A stretch of DNA of 64,000 bases. It comes from Felis catus (taxonomy: Eukaryota). Under the pieces are notes generated by a model. It was not told where the DNA came from, made no database searches, and saw nothing but the letters and a program-made list of their open reading frames with translations. Position numbers and translations under genes: made by a program. Location: contig NC_058368.1 of NCBI RefSeq assembly GCF_018350175.1, forward strand, positions 34,288,001-34,352,000, given 5' to 3'. The stretch's first letter is position 1; every line of letters begins with the position of its first letter. This document shows, one piece after another, positions 12,632 through 23,795 of this stretch.

Positions 12632-14174
12632 ACCTACTTTTTCTTTCTTAGCTCTATGTCAAGGCTCTTAGATTCTCATTTAAAAAAAGAGAGAAAAGAA
12701 AGGAAAAGAAAAAAGAAGAGAAAAGAGAGAAGAAGAAAAGATAAGGCAAATGCTTTAACATTAAATATTTTTATGGCATTTCCTCACAATCACTATAAAC
12801 ACATCTGTCCTAACATCTTATAAAATGAATTGTTTTATTACATTCTTTAAATCATATTATTTAAATGCACCTGTTATCTGACAAAATATAATTGAAATAT
12901 TGTGATAAAAAAGAAATATTTCTTGCTCTCTCTTTCTCTCTCTCATTTTTTTTCCCCCAGTGATCTTCCCTACAGAAAATAGCAAGTCCTTGGGAAATTA
13001 TTATTAAACAATTCATCATACAACTATCACTTTCTTCTGATTCGTTTCGCTCTGTAAGATATTATTATAGTTACTTGTGTTGAGATTTTCTACAACTACC
13101 AAGTTATTATCATATGGCTCCGTTTTTAAATTAAACTAAGTTTAGCTTTTGTGATATTTAAAATGGACTACAATTTTGAGTACAGCTATCCAGAAATTAG
13201 TATTTCCAGTTTATTTTTAAGTGCTCTCTTCCATATATGAGATATAGAATAGTTAAATGAATCCTGGATTTGGTGGTAGATGGTCTAAGACTTTGCTGTC
13301 CCACATCTTGGCTTTGTGAACTTAAAAAAAAAAAATGAGGGCACCTTGTAGAATAACGAGCTCCACATCCATACCCATTAAACGGTGTTAAAAATTGCTG
13401 TCCTTGATAGTTTATAGGCTTATTTTTAAAATCAAGTGAAATGATGTATATGAAAGTACATATATCATTTGGTAAATGATAAAGTACTAAGCAATTCAGC
13501 ACATACGTTTTGTTATAACATTTTTTAATTTAAAGTGCACGGATTTTTTATTGTAAAAGAGATCCTTTTTAGCATGAAAATATAAAAATCACAGCTTTAA
13601 AAACTGAATCCAAGCAATTAAAATTTCAACAGGATCCTTAGAAAACACTGGTGATGTGTTTCCAGCACCATAAAGTCAGTGACAAGCAAAACTGCAAGTT
13701 GTTGTATAAAATTACAGACTATCTGCTTTTGCAGTAATCCTCTTTATGGCTTCAAAGAAAAACGGTAACGTCAAGGTCTTGGGTGGCTCTAGGACATTGA
13801 TTGCCAAACCAAACCATTCTTTGCAAATGATAGAAAACTAAGGACGGCACACTGCTGCAAGCTATTTTTCAGCCAAAAGGATTAGATTTGTCTCATAGAT
13901 GGGTCTGACATACGATATAGATTTCCAATGGGTTGAGGTTTCCCCAGTTACAGGGTGACTTTCTAAGAGTTGCTGCTTTCTGAGGGTGGAGAATGGCCCC
14001 TAGTGGGGAACTGAAATTCAATATTTTACATATGAATGCGTTTCTCTAGAAGAAGTCTCTGTTGAACTCGCTCTGTGGAACTGTATGCCTAGTATGCTGC
14101 AACGTTTCCATTTCTTCTGTACAGAGCTGTTGCTTCAAGATTCTTGTAGTAACAATTGATAACATTTTGGTAGT

Positions 14175-14410
14175 GGTTGCTCCAAGCCAAGGCTCATTCT
14201 AACCAATCTAAGCACTTTGCATATATTAATACCTCTAATTCTCACCCCAACCATGTGAGGTAACTATTACTACCATCTCAATTACAAGTGAGCACACGGA
14301 GACATAGAAACACTATTAATATGTCCACATTCTCCCAGCCAGCAAGTAATGGAACCGAGAAACAAACCCAAGCAAACAATCTGATTTTCTGGAAACTGAG
14401 CCCAGAGCTC
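14175..14410 (-). mobile_element. MIR SINE remnant
   Basis: CTAAGCACTTTGCATATATTA...AATTCTCAC..CAACCATGTGAGGTAACTATTA...TTACAAGTGAG, the reverse MIR core. Confidence 0.75.
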
Positions 14411-15566
14411 CCATTCTATCCTGCAATACAGGCTCTAATAAGATTGAAACAACAGCAAAAAAGAGGAAATAGTGCAGCTTAAAAATTCCACTTTAATATG
14501 TGCGTTTTCCCCACCTCTTTCCCTTTTTCTCCTGACTTGCCAGAAAGAAGCATCACATTAAAGACTCCCTCCCCTCACAAAACTGTCTGTTTTCAAGTAC
14601 ATATAATCTAGGAAAAATTGATGGGCAGTACTTCCGCATTTCAGTGCTTTGCTTATATGAAGGGAACCATTTCCGGTTCTTCCACATGGAGCCCAGAGAC
14701 GAAGGGAAGCTCTAAAGAATCTTTCTCTCTTGTAATTACTGGGAAATGATGTGAGATATTTTCCCCCCATATGCTATGCTTCAGACTCTATACAAAGAAA
14801 ATGAGAGGAAATATTGATGATTCAGTAAAACTGAAACATACTTGGTTGAAATCAGTTTTGAAATTAAATTTTGACTTGTTTCTCTAAAGATACCACCATT
14901 ATTTGTATAAATAGCACCAGAGTACATCTGCCATTTAGCTTTGTGTGAGGTTTTCCCTATGACTGAGATTTAGGGAAACACCACTTCAGGGTGAAAGCAA
15001 TTTTAAGGTTATCATATAAGTGAAAAAGACATTGATCTGACAAGATATGCTCAAGAGACCCCAGATGCAGCTGTAGAATTCCTTTTGGCTCTCTCATCCA
15101 TAATTTCATAGAGCTCGGTATAATTAACACACTTCACGGGATTTAAGTAACATTTGTTGCTTCTCTATCAGAATGCAAATTTGAGAACGATATGGATCTG
15201 CGCAGGAGACGGGGACAACTGTTCTCGAGGTAATAACTTGTGCACAGAAAGAGGTGACAGATACAGCATCACTCAGGTTTTATTAGGGAGTTAGCATATG
15301 TTTTATTGCAGCTACAAATGTTAAAACCAGATATGTCATAAAATTAACTAAAATTAAATGGTTTATTGTCATTTTGGAATTCTTAGTCTCCATTTTCTTA
15401 AAAGCTATATTAAATAATAGAGCCTGCTGTTGTCAGCAGAATACATAAGTGTGGATAAATGGGAATACAATCTTCTAAACAAACAAACAAACATTTACTG
15501 GGTCAGCAGCCACTGTTGAGGCAGGAAGAAATTATCTCAACAATAGGAAGAAATTATTGACCAGGG

Positions 15567-15593
15567 GTGTGTGTGTGTGTGTGTGTGTGTGTG
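15567..15593. repeat. (GT)n microsatellite
   Basis: Directly visible. Confidence 0.95.
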
Positions 15594-17182
15594 CACTTTA
15601 AAAAGTGATGCTCAGTCAAACTTTCTAACCCTGGGACTCGTTCTCTTCTGTACTAGGTTAGAGCATTTGATAAAAGAATCAATTAGAGAAATGGTTTATT
15701 CCCCTGTCCTATATTTATGTGAAATGAAAGCAACATAATGCAAACCACTCATTATATAACGATGAGGTAGACTGATTTGTTTATTTTTTGCCTAATTCTG
15801 AAGTTTACCTCAGACATCATCAGGTCTACTCGAATACAGATAGAGAAAATCACGCAAATAATCCATTACAGGATAAATCTTTTGAAATAACACTTTCGTG
15901 TAGGAATATAATTTAAAGTTTATGTATGTACTGCTTTTACTTAACAAAAAATTGAATGCAAATGAATAAATGTACAAATGTATTTTCTTTTATGTGTATA
16001 ATGTATCTGTACATTAATGCACATATAATATGTATAATTTCATTCAGTGTTTCAAGTTTACGTATATTTATATTACATATTTCTTCAAGCACATTATCTG
16101 CACTGGTTCTACTGTTCAGGTTGCTCACATAGGTTTCTCTCTCATCTAAGACAAGAATAAATAAATACATAAATCCAGAAACATGCTACAAATCAAGCTT
16201 TCCTTAATGTGTTCAACTTTGGCAAGACCCTGATCCAAGAGAATGCTCCCATGCTTTTATGCACATAAAACTGTATTGAAGACTCATTTATCCCATATGT
16301 CTCTTATTTTTATTTAACCACAGACAAATTATTTTAAGCTTTCAAGATCATTTTAGAGAACTACAGCAGTACTTCTTTATATCAATAGTGGATTTCAAAA
16401 ATAAATTATGAGAAATGTAGTGGCTAAGCTACCATGAACGGCATACTGAATAAAATCAAAGTCTCATTATCACACCACATGAAAAGAAGCTATGAGCCCC
16501 TAAGTAGAAATGGTGCTTTTAAATTCTAAACTTTACTCTATAGACCATATATCAAAGCTTATTGAAGAGGAGAAATCTACTAGAAAGAATAAGGAATGAA
16601 GTCTATATAGAAGTTAAGTTTCTTGCAAGTTGTCAAAGGGAAGTGTGCCAGTACTGAAGTAAGCGTAGTAGGAAAAAAGTAAAGGGAACATACAGAGTTC
16701 TACTCCAAGTGCAGATGCATGGAGAGATAAGACACTTAAACTAGAACGTCAATCAGTGCACTGCTTCCTTCACTGAGAATGTCTTGCTAAACAATGTGAT
16801 TAGAAAGGTCTGGTAAACTACATAGTGAGCTCTGTGACTCAGATGCTTTCCATTTGGCTACAAACTTCACAGCTCATAGACTGCTTACAAAATCTGAGAT
16901 GAATAGCCAATCCACAATAGCCAATCCACAAGCACACCTTGAGGAGCCCTGCAAAGGTATGTCATGATGTAAATTATTAAATAAGAGCTTTAAAACTGAT
17001 ATTTCTTGCAGTGATATATTGGAGGTAAGTTCTAATATAGAATATTAGAATTGGGGGCTATAGTTTTTTTTTAACTTTATTTGATAAATTTTATTTTTAC
17101 AAAAAATTTAGATAATTATTTATTTGCAATTTGTATATTTTTTTCTTGAGAGATAAATGATGCATCTCATCTAATCTTGATG

Positions 17183-17320
17183 ATATATAGCATATATATA
17201 ATTTATCTGAATTTATATTTGAATTTATATTTATAAATTTATATGTATTTGCATTTACACACACACACATATATATATTATATATAATATATATATATTA
17301 TATATAATATATAATTTATT
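17183..17320. repeat. AT-rich low-complexity tract with (CA)n/(TA)n
   Basis: Directly visible. Confidence 0.85.
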
Positions 17321-18956
17321 TGAAACAATATATGTACCAAAAGCTGAATTTTGGACGTTTTTAAAATCTAATACGAAATGTATTACTCCTATAATCTTTT
17401 AAGTCAATATTTGCTTTTCGTGTGTATTTTAGCTACTAGTACTAGGTCATGTCATATGAAATAACTCAACGCCAAGCACATAGTGATGATTACTTCTGAG
17501 GAAACGTATTTTAATTGTCGCACATTTTTAAAATCACAACTAAATTTTAAGTGTGTTCATAGTTTTACAACATTCCGAAAATCATTCCTGGAACACTTAA
17601 CAGCTGTGTTGCCATTCACACAATTTTGTGGTTCCCAGAAACTTGCCTTCAGACCATGAATATTATTCAGAAGTCTACAGTTTGCTTTGTGATACAAAGC
17701 CAAGTTTTTTTCTCTACAAACTTAATTTTAAAAATCAGAGAAAGAAAATGAAGTCTTTGTTTTTATTTGACCAATTGGCATATTATTTTCAGATGCATTC
17801 ACTGATACATAAGCTAGATCATTTTTCAGATAATATAGCTTTAACACTGAGTAGGATTTACTCCATATTTATTCATCATTTATATATGAAAAGAAAAGAG
17901 ATTTAATATTTTTCACTAAAAAATATCTATTATTCACTATTTCACTGATAAATAATTTGTTTCTCATCTCCAGACTAATACGAGTTAGATAGTGGCTCAG
18001 GTCTTAAAGTTCCCAGTTTATTTTGGGCTATAAATAAAAAAAAAATCCGGTTACATATGGATATTTAAGAATTAAGCACAGATGGTCTGTTTGAGCTAAG
18101 AAAGAGAGGTTAATTCTTAATGCAGCATAGTATTAATGCTCAGATTTCCCTGTTTCAATCTCCTGAAGTCATGAATTAATCTTAAATTGAAAAACATGCA
18201 ATAAAAGAGTGAGAAAAAGAATTTTTTTTACGTGCCAGTGCACACTGTATACAATTTTGAGAAAGCAAAGTGGTGTCAAAACTTTTAACAATTTCTTCAG
18301 CATCAAGGGTTAGTGTTTTCAACATCAGCACCATGAGAAGACAGCACCCAGAATAACTATTCGCTTCTCTGATACTGCAAAACACGATTGACAAAGAAAA
18401 TAGGAATCATCCTCAGGACTGATGACGACTTCAGTGGGCATCCGCTGCTATCGTCATCAGTAGGTTACAGGAAGAGTGAAAAATGGGAATATTTAGGGGG
18501 TTCCAAAATTAAATAAGAGAGAATCAGAGGACATTTTACTGATTTCTACCGTGACTTAAACTTGTCATTCTCCACTCCACTCCTTCCAGCATCCATGGCC
18601 AGGCAAATAAATGGTGCATTATTAGAACAGTGATAGAAACAACAGATTGAATTGAAAATATTATTCTTTTTTGTTTCATTTTGATTCAACCTGTATTTTA
18701 TTGGTTCAAATCAAATCTAATTGCCTGAATATCACTACTCTAAAACATAATAATATTGAAATTATAATTTAGTTTACCATTATTGCCATAAAATAGTTAT
18801 AAATATTCTGAAATTGATTGACTGTAATTATACACAAATTTTAGGGGCAATTTTCCAGAATGGGTCATTTTCTTCAAATATCCTTAAGATATATCTGGTG
18901 CATCACAAGCAGTGTGGGAAATCCACAGACAGGGATAAAATTAAAAAATGAGACAA

Positions 18957-19174
18957 GGGGCGCCTGGGTGGCGCAGTCGGTTAGGCGTCCGACTTCAGCC
19001 AGGTCACGATCTCGCGGTCTGGGAGTTCGAGCCCCACATCAGGCTCTGGGCTGATGGCTCGGAGCCTGGAGCCTGTTTCAGATTCTGTGTCTCCCTCTCT
19101 CTCTCCCCCTCCCCCGTTCATGCTCTGTCTCTCTCTGTCCCAAAAATAAATAAACGTTGAAAAAAAAATTAAAA
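18957..19174 (+). mobile_element. Very young felid SINE
   Basis: Same diagnostic bases as the 8396 copy; TSD AAAAAATGAGACAA. Confidence 0.97.
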
Positions 19175-19209
19175 AAAAAATGAGACAAAACACAAACAAC
19201 AGGCTTTCT

Positions 19210-19420
19210 GAGATGTCCGGGTGCCTCAGTCGGTAGCTCAGTCAGTTGAGCATCCGACTCTGGATTTTGGCTTAGGTCATGATCTCACTGTCATGAGATT
19301 GAGCCCTACATCTGGCTCTATGCTGAGTGTGGAGCCTGCTTGTCATTCTCTCTCTCCCTCCGCTCTCTGTACCCCTCCCTTGCTTATGTCCCCTCCAAAT
19401 AAATAAACATTAAAAATAAA
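19210..19420 (+). mobile_element. Older Can-SINE
   Basis: Diverged head GAGATGTCCGGGTGCCTCAGTCGGT with a short internal duplication; ACAGGCTTTCT on both flanks. Confidence 0.88.
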
Positions 19421-21239
19421 CCCCACAGGCTTTCTGTATTTCCTGAGAAATGTCCAAATACTCGATAAATATTAAAAAGTGAATGCAATCTGTCTTTAAA
19501 AAAAGTTAAATAAATATAAAATGTTGCTTTAAAAAACGCAGATTCAATGGTATATTCATTTAACACTTGGTACACAGTATGCATTCAACAATATTTAGTT
19601 AATATCCTATGAATGGATAAAATATAGGTTTTCTAGTCAGAAATAAACATAATGCACAAATTTGGTTTTTCTGTATTTTAATTAAGAGCTTTTCTGTCCT
19701 CTTCGTAAATTTAAATGTCAAAGCTCCTAACATACCATCATACAGAAACAGAAATATTGTCCCACATGGGAACACGTGACAAGTTCTGTACCTTCCTTTC
19801 TTTGTAGTTCTCCTTCCCAAACACTTCTGATTTCCAACATTCCTGAAAATCTCAGTAATATTGAGCAACTATTTTGTAATTCTAGGGAAAAGTGTCTTTG
19901 AACTCTACTAAGCACACACTCAATTTGGTAATTCTTAATCAGAATTTCAGGACTAAGGGCATTTAAATTAGTTTATTCTTTAAGAATGAAAATTGATTGC
20001 CCATTAGGAAAAGAAAATTTTAAATTCGCTTTTCATAGGAAGCTTAAATAAGTCACCAGGCGTTGATAAAGCCTTAGGATTAGGAGGGGAAAAAAATCTT
20101 TTTTGATAAATTAAGTGTATAGAGCTCAAGTAAAGCATCATTTTGTTCTAATTGCATTTTGTTACACACAGTCAAAATTTTTGAGTTTTTATTATACCCA
20201 GAATTATCGGTGGATTATATATGCTGATTATGCAGTCCTCTGGTGACAAAAAGAATACCCCTCTTCTCTTTGATATCTTAATCTTTCATCTAAGCATCTA
20301 TGTTACTCATTTAGCTGCATTTAGTTTTTGAACTGTATATTCAAATATCACATTATAGTGCCCTTTAATCTTTTTTTGATACACAATTCCCTCCAGTATA
20401 TCAAAATGTTTTGATAATAAAGCTTCCCAAAAAACAATTATGAGAAATACACTCATCAAAAATATACTCATGAGATACACTTATCTAATTGAGAATTTGA
20501 TAATGATTTCTCTTCAAGTCCAAAGCATATTAACAAGTGACATCTCTCATTCTTCCTATTCATATCTAATATGTTATAATTATGATTCACTAGTCATTAT
20601 TACCCCTACTGTTATTTATATCACATTTCCCGCCGGAGAACCTTTTGTTCATCACATATTTCTAGTTGTTTTAGTTCCCCAAATTGTAGCTCCTTCCAAA
20701 AATTCCCAAGCTAATACATAGTTTCACTACAAGGGTAGTAGAGTGTCTTGATTATGTTAGGTGCTCAATAAATGCATATTTTTGAGGTATACTAATATAA
20801 TCTCAAATAGTATGGTCCAATGATAAAAACCTGTGAATACTATCAAGATGGTGTAATAAAAATGATCTTTGTAACAAGTGAGTAAAATAGGGATCGAATA
20901 TAATAGCTCTTTAAAGAAAATATGCATGGAGACACATGCAATTTTTTTTTTAATTACAAATGGAGGCTTTGAAAAACATTAAAGTTTGATTAGATTTGCT
21001 TCAAGAAAGTGTGCTGTGGATTATAAATTGTATATATTGACTATTTCACAGTGAAAGAGAGGAGGCTACACCATTTACCCTGAAGAATATGTTACGGGCC
21101 ACCAGCAATCTTAGAGGCAACCTTTCTGATTGTACCAATTATTTGTTTGAACTGCTTTTAGATGATTGCTATTATCAGAATATTTGCTTGCATAATTTTT
21201 CACTCCAATTCTCACATAAATCTCTTAGCATAAAAGTCA

Positions 21240-22490
21240 TTGTAATCTTAGATTAAGGATAGCAACAAGATAGATAAAAAGCCAACAGGGGCGCCTGGGT
21301 GGCGCAGTCGGTTAAGCATCCGACTTCAGCCAGGTCACGATCTCACGGTCCGTGAGTTCGAGCCCCGCGTCAGGCTCTGGGCTGATGGCTCGGAGCCTGG
21401 AGCCTGTTTCCGATTCTGTGTCCCCCTCTCTCTCTGCCCCTCCCCTGTTCATGCTCTGTCTTTCTCTGTCCCAAAAATAAATAAAAAACGTTGAAAAAAA
21501 AAAAGCCAACAGCATGATATATTTTTTCAAAAATGATCAATTTAATTTCATCAAAATTAAAAACCTCCACTATGTGAAACACACTGTTCAAAGACTGATA
21601 GACAAGCCATGGAGACTTGAGAAAATATTTCCATCATATATATCTCACCAAGAGCTTGTAACTAGAATATATAAATAGCTTTTAAAATTCAGTAATAAAA
21701 AATAAACAAACCACTTCCAAAAGTGAGCAAAGATTTGAACAGACATTTCACCAAGGAAGAGAGATATGAAAGATACATGGATGGCTACTGAGTACATGAG
21801 AAGATGGCATCATTAATCATTAGGAAAAATGCAAATTAAAACTATGATGAGATATTACTCCAAAAAAGACTGACTGTATCAACTTCTTTCACATTCAGAG
21901 CAACTATAACTCTCATCCATTGCTGGAAAGAATGCAATGTATTAAAATAATTTTGGAAAATATTTTGGCATGTGCTTACAAAGTTGAACATATGCTTACT
22001 AAATGAGCTAAGCAATCCTAACCCAAGAGAAACAAAAAAATGTGTTCATTCAAAAATGTTCACAAATGTTTATAGTACCTTTATTCATAATGTCCCCAAA
22101 CTGAAGATAACCTAAATATTCTTCAGTGGTGAACAGATGAACAAACTCTGTCCCATACAATGAAATACTATTCAGCACTAAAGATGAATAAACTATTCAT
22201 ATACATAACAATAAGGATGCACTGTGTTAAGTAAAAGAAGCCAGACCCAAAAGGCAGAATCATATGCTGTAGTATATAACATTCTGAACAAGATAAAATT
22301 ATAGGGACAGAAAAGAAATTAATGGTTGCCAACATCAGGATGGATGACAAAATGTGAAAGTGGAATTTCACGAAATGATAGAGCTCTCCTACATCATGAT
22401 TGTGATGTTGGTGACGTAATTGTAATGTCAAAGTTTTAGAACAGAACCTGCAAAGGGATGAGTTTTATTGCATGCAGAGAAAGAAAAGAA
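21240..22490 (+). mobile_element. Old L1M LINE, ORF2 end and 3'UTR, interrupted by a SINE
   Basis: TTCATCAAAATTAAAAAC, GCAAAGATTTGAACAGACATTTCACCAAGGAAGA, GAAAAATGCAAATTAAAACT, AAAAGAAGCCAGAC motifs. Confidence 0.85.
21288..21499 (+). mobile_element. Very young felid SINE inserted in L1M
   Basis: TSD AAAAAGCCAACA on both sides. Confidence 0.97.
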
Positions 22491-23070
22491 AAAGAATAAT
22501 CATACTAAGTAGGTTGGCAGTGACTGCATTTAGGCATAAGGCCTGCATTCAGCCCAGGTTGGCTCCAATTTGTGAAAACATTGCAAAATGAAGAAACAGT
22601 TTTGATCTTAACTTCTAAATGAGAACATATCATGAAACTGAAATAATGTTAGAACTGTAATTAGTTTCTCAGTCTGGCTTAGCATGTGTATGAATTTTAG
22701 TAACCTTAGTCTTCAATCTATGTATAATATGTAACCATCATTCTTTCTGTGAAGAAATTCATACCAAAATTTATCTTGGGATTCTTGAACTAATCATTGC
22801 ACTGTTGACAGCAGTTCCCTACTGTGTGAAAGGGTCATAGACTCAGTTTGAAAGATAATCAAAAATGTCAAAAGTGCATTAGCATTCTTCATCTGCATCT
22901 CCATAAGCAAAGTTAATTTTCCAAGTCAGTCAAATTTCAAGTATTCACAATCATGGTACAAAAGGGACTAAAACAGGTGACAGTCATTGATGAAGCCAGG
23001 GTATAGAGGTGAAAGGGTGAGGGAGGAAATGGTAGAACCTTGAAATTGAAATTCCCAAGAAGTTTCCATA

Positions 23071-23135
23071 TGTGTATGTGTGCAAGTGCGTGTGTGCACG
23101 TGCGTGTGTGTGTGTGTGTGTATGTGTGTGTGTGT

Positions 23136-23171
<36 letters not shown>

Positions 23172-23172
23172 G
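23071..23172. repeat. Compound (TG)n/(AG)n microsatellite
   Basis: Directly visible. Confidence 0.95.
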
Positions 23173-23341
23173 CATGCAGTTTCCTGAAAAGCACCAGTGA
23201 GCAAAACCATCACTAGATTCCTACAGAGATGGTGGTCAATTTAGTAGAAGGTTTAAGAAGAAAAGGGAGCCTTTTAGGTATACTTGGTATTCATGAGGAA
23301 ATCCAATTTCACAGTATATCTTTTAGCAACTAAAGAGAGAT

Positions 23342-23566
23342 GGATTGCCTGGGTGCCTCAGTCGGTTAAGCGTCTGACTCTTGATTTCTGCTCAAGTCAT
23401 CATATCATGGTTTGTGGGTTCAAGTCAGGCTTTGCACTGACTGTGGAATCTGCCTGGGATTCTCTGTCTTTCCCTCCCACCATGCCCCTCCCCTGCTCAT
23501 GCGTATGCTCTCTCTCTCTCTCTCTCTCTCTCCCTCCCCAAAATAAATAAATAAATAAACATTTAA
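23342..23566 (+). mobile_element. Older Can-SINE
   Basis: Diverged head, (CT)n, (AAAT)n tail. Confidence 0.9.
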
Positions 23567-23580
23567 AAAAAGAGAGACTA

Positions 23581-23795
23581 GGGCGCCTGGGTGGCGCAGT
23601 CGGTTAAGCGTCCGACTTTAGCTCAGGTCATGATCTCGCGGTCTGTGAGTTCGAGCCCCGCGTCGGGCTCTGAGCTGATGGCTCAGAGCCTGGAGCCTGT
23701 TTCCGATTCTGTGTCTCCCTCTCTCTCTGCCCCTCCCCCGTTCATGCTCTGTCTCTCTCTGTCTCAAAAATAAATAAACGTTAAAATTTTTTTTT
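23581..23795 (+). mobile_element. Young felid SINE inserted at the tail of the preceding SINE
   Basis: CpG-rich body; TSD AAAAAGAGAGACTA on both sides. Confidence 0.95.

Noticed and set aside
12206..12823. 205-aa + strand ORF, the longest in the window
   Set aside because: It starts in a SINE, runs antisense through the RPS18 pseudogene and ends in A-rich low-complexity sequence; a chance open frame
18413..18459. Minus-strand TGATGA...CTGA...CTGA resembling box C/D snoRNA motifs
   Set aside because: The C-to-D span is only 47 nt, the terminal stem is weak and box C would be buried in the hairpin; kept only as a hairpin finding
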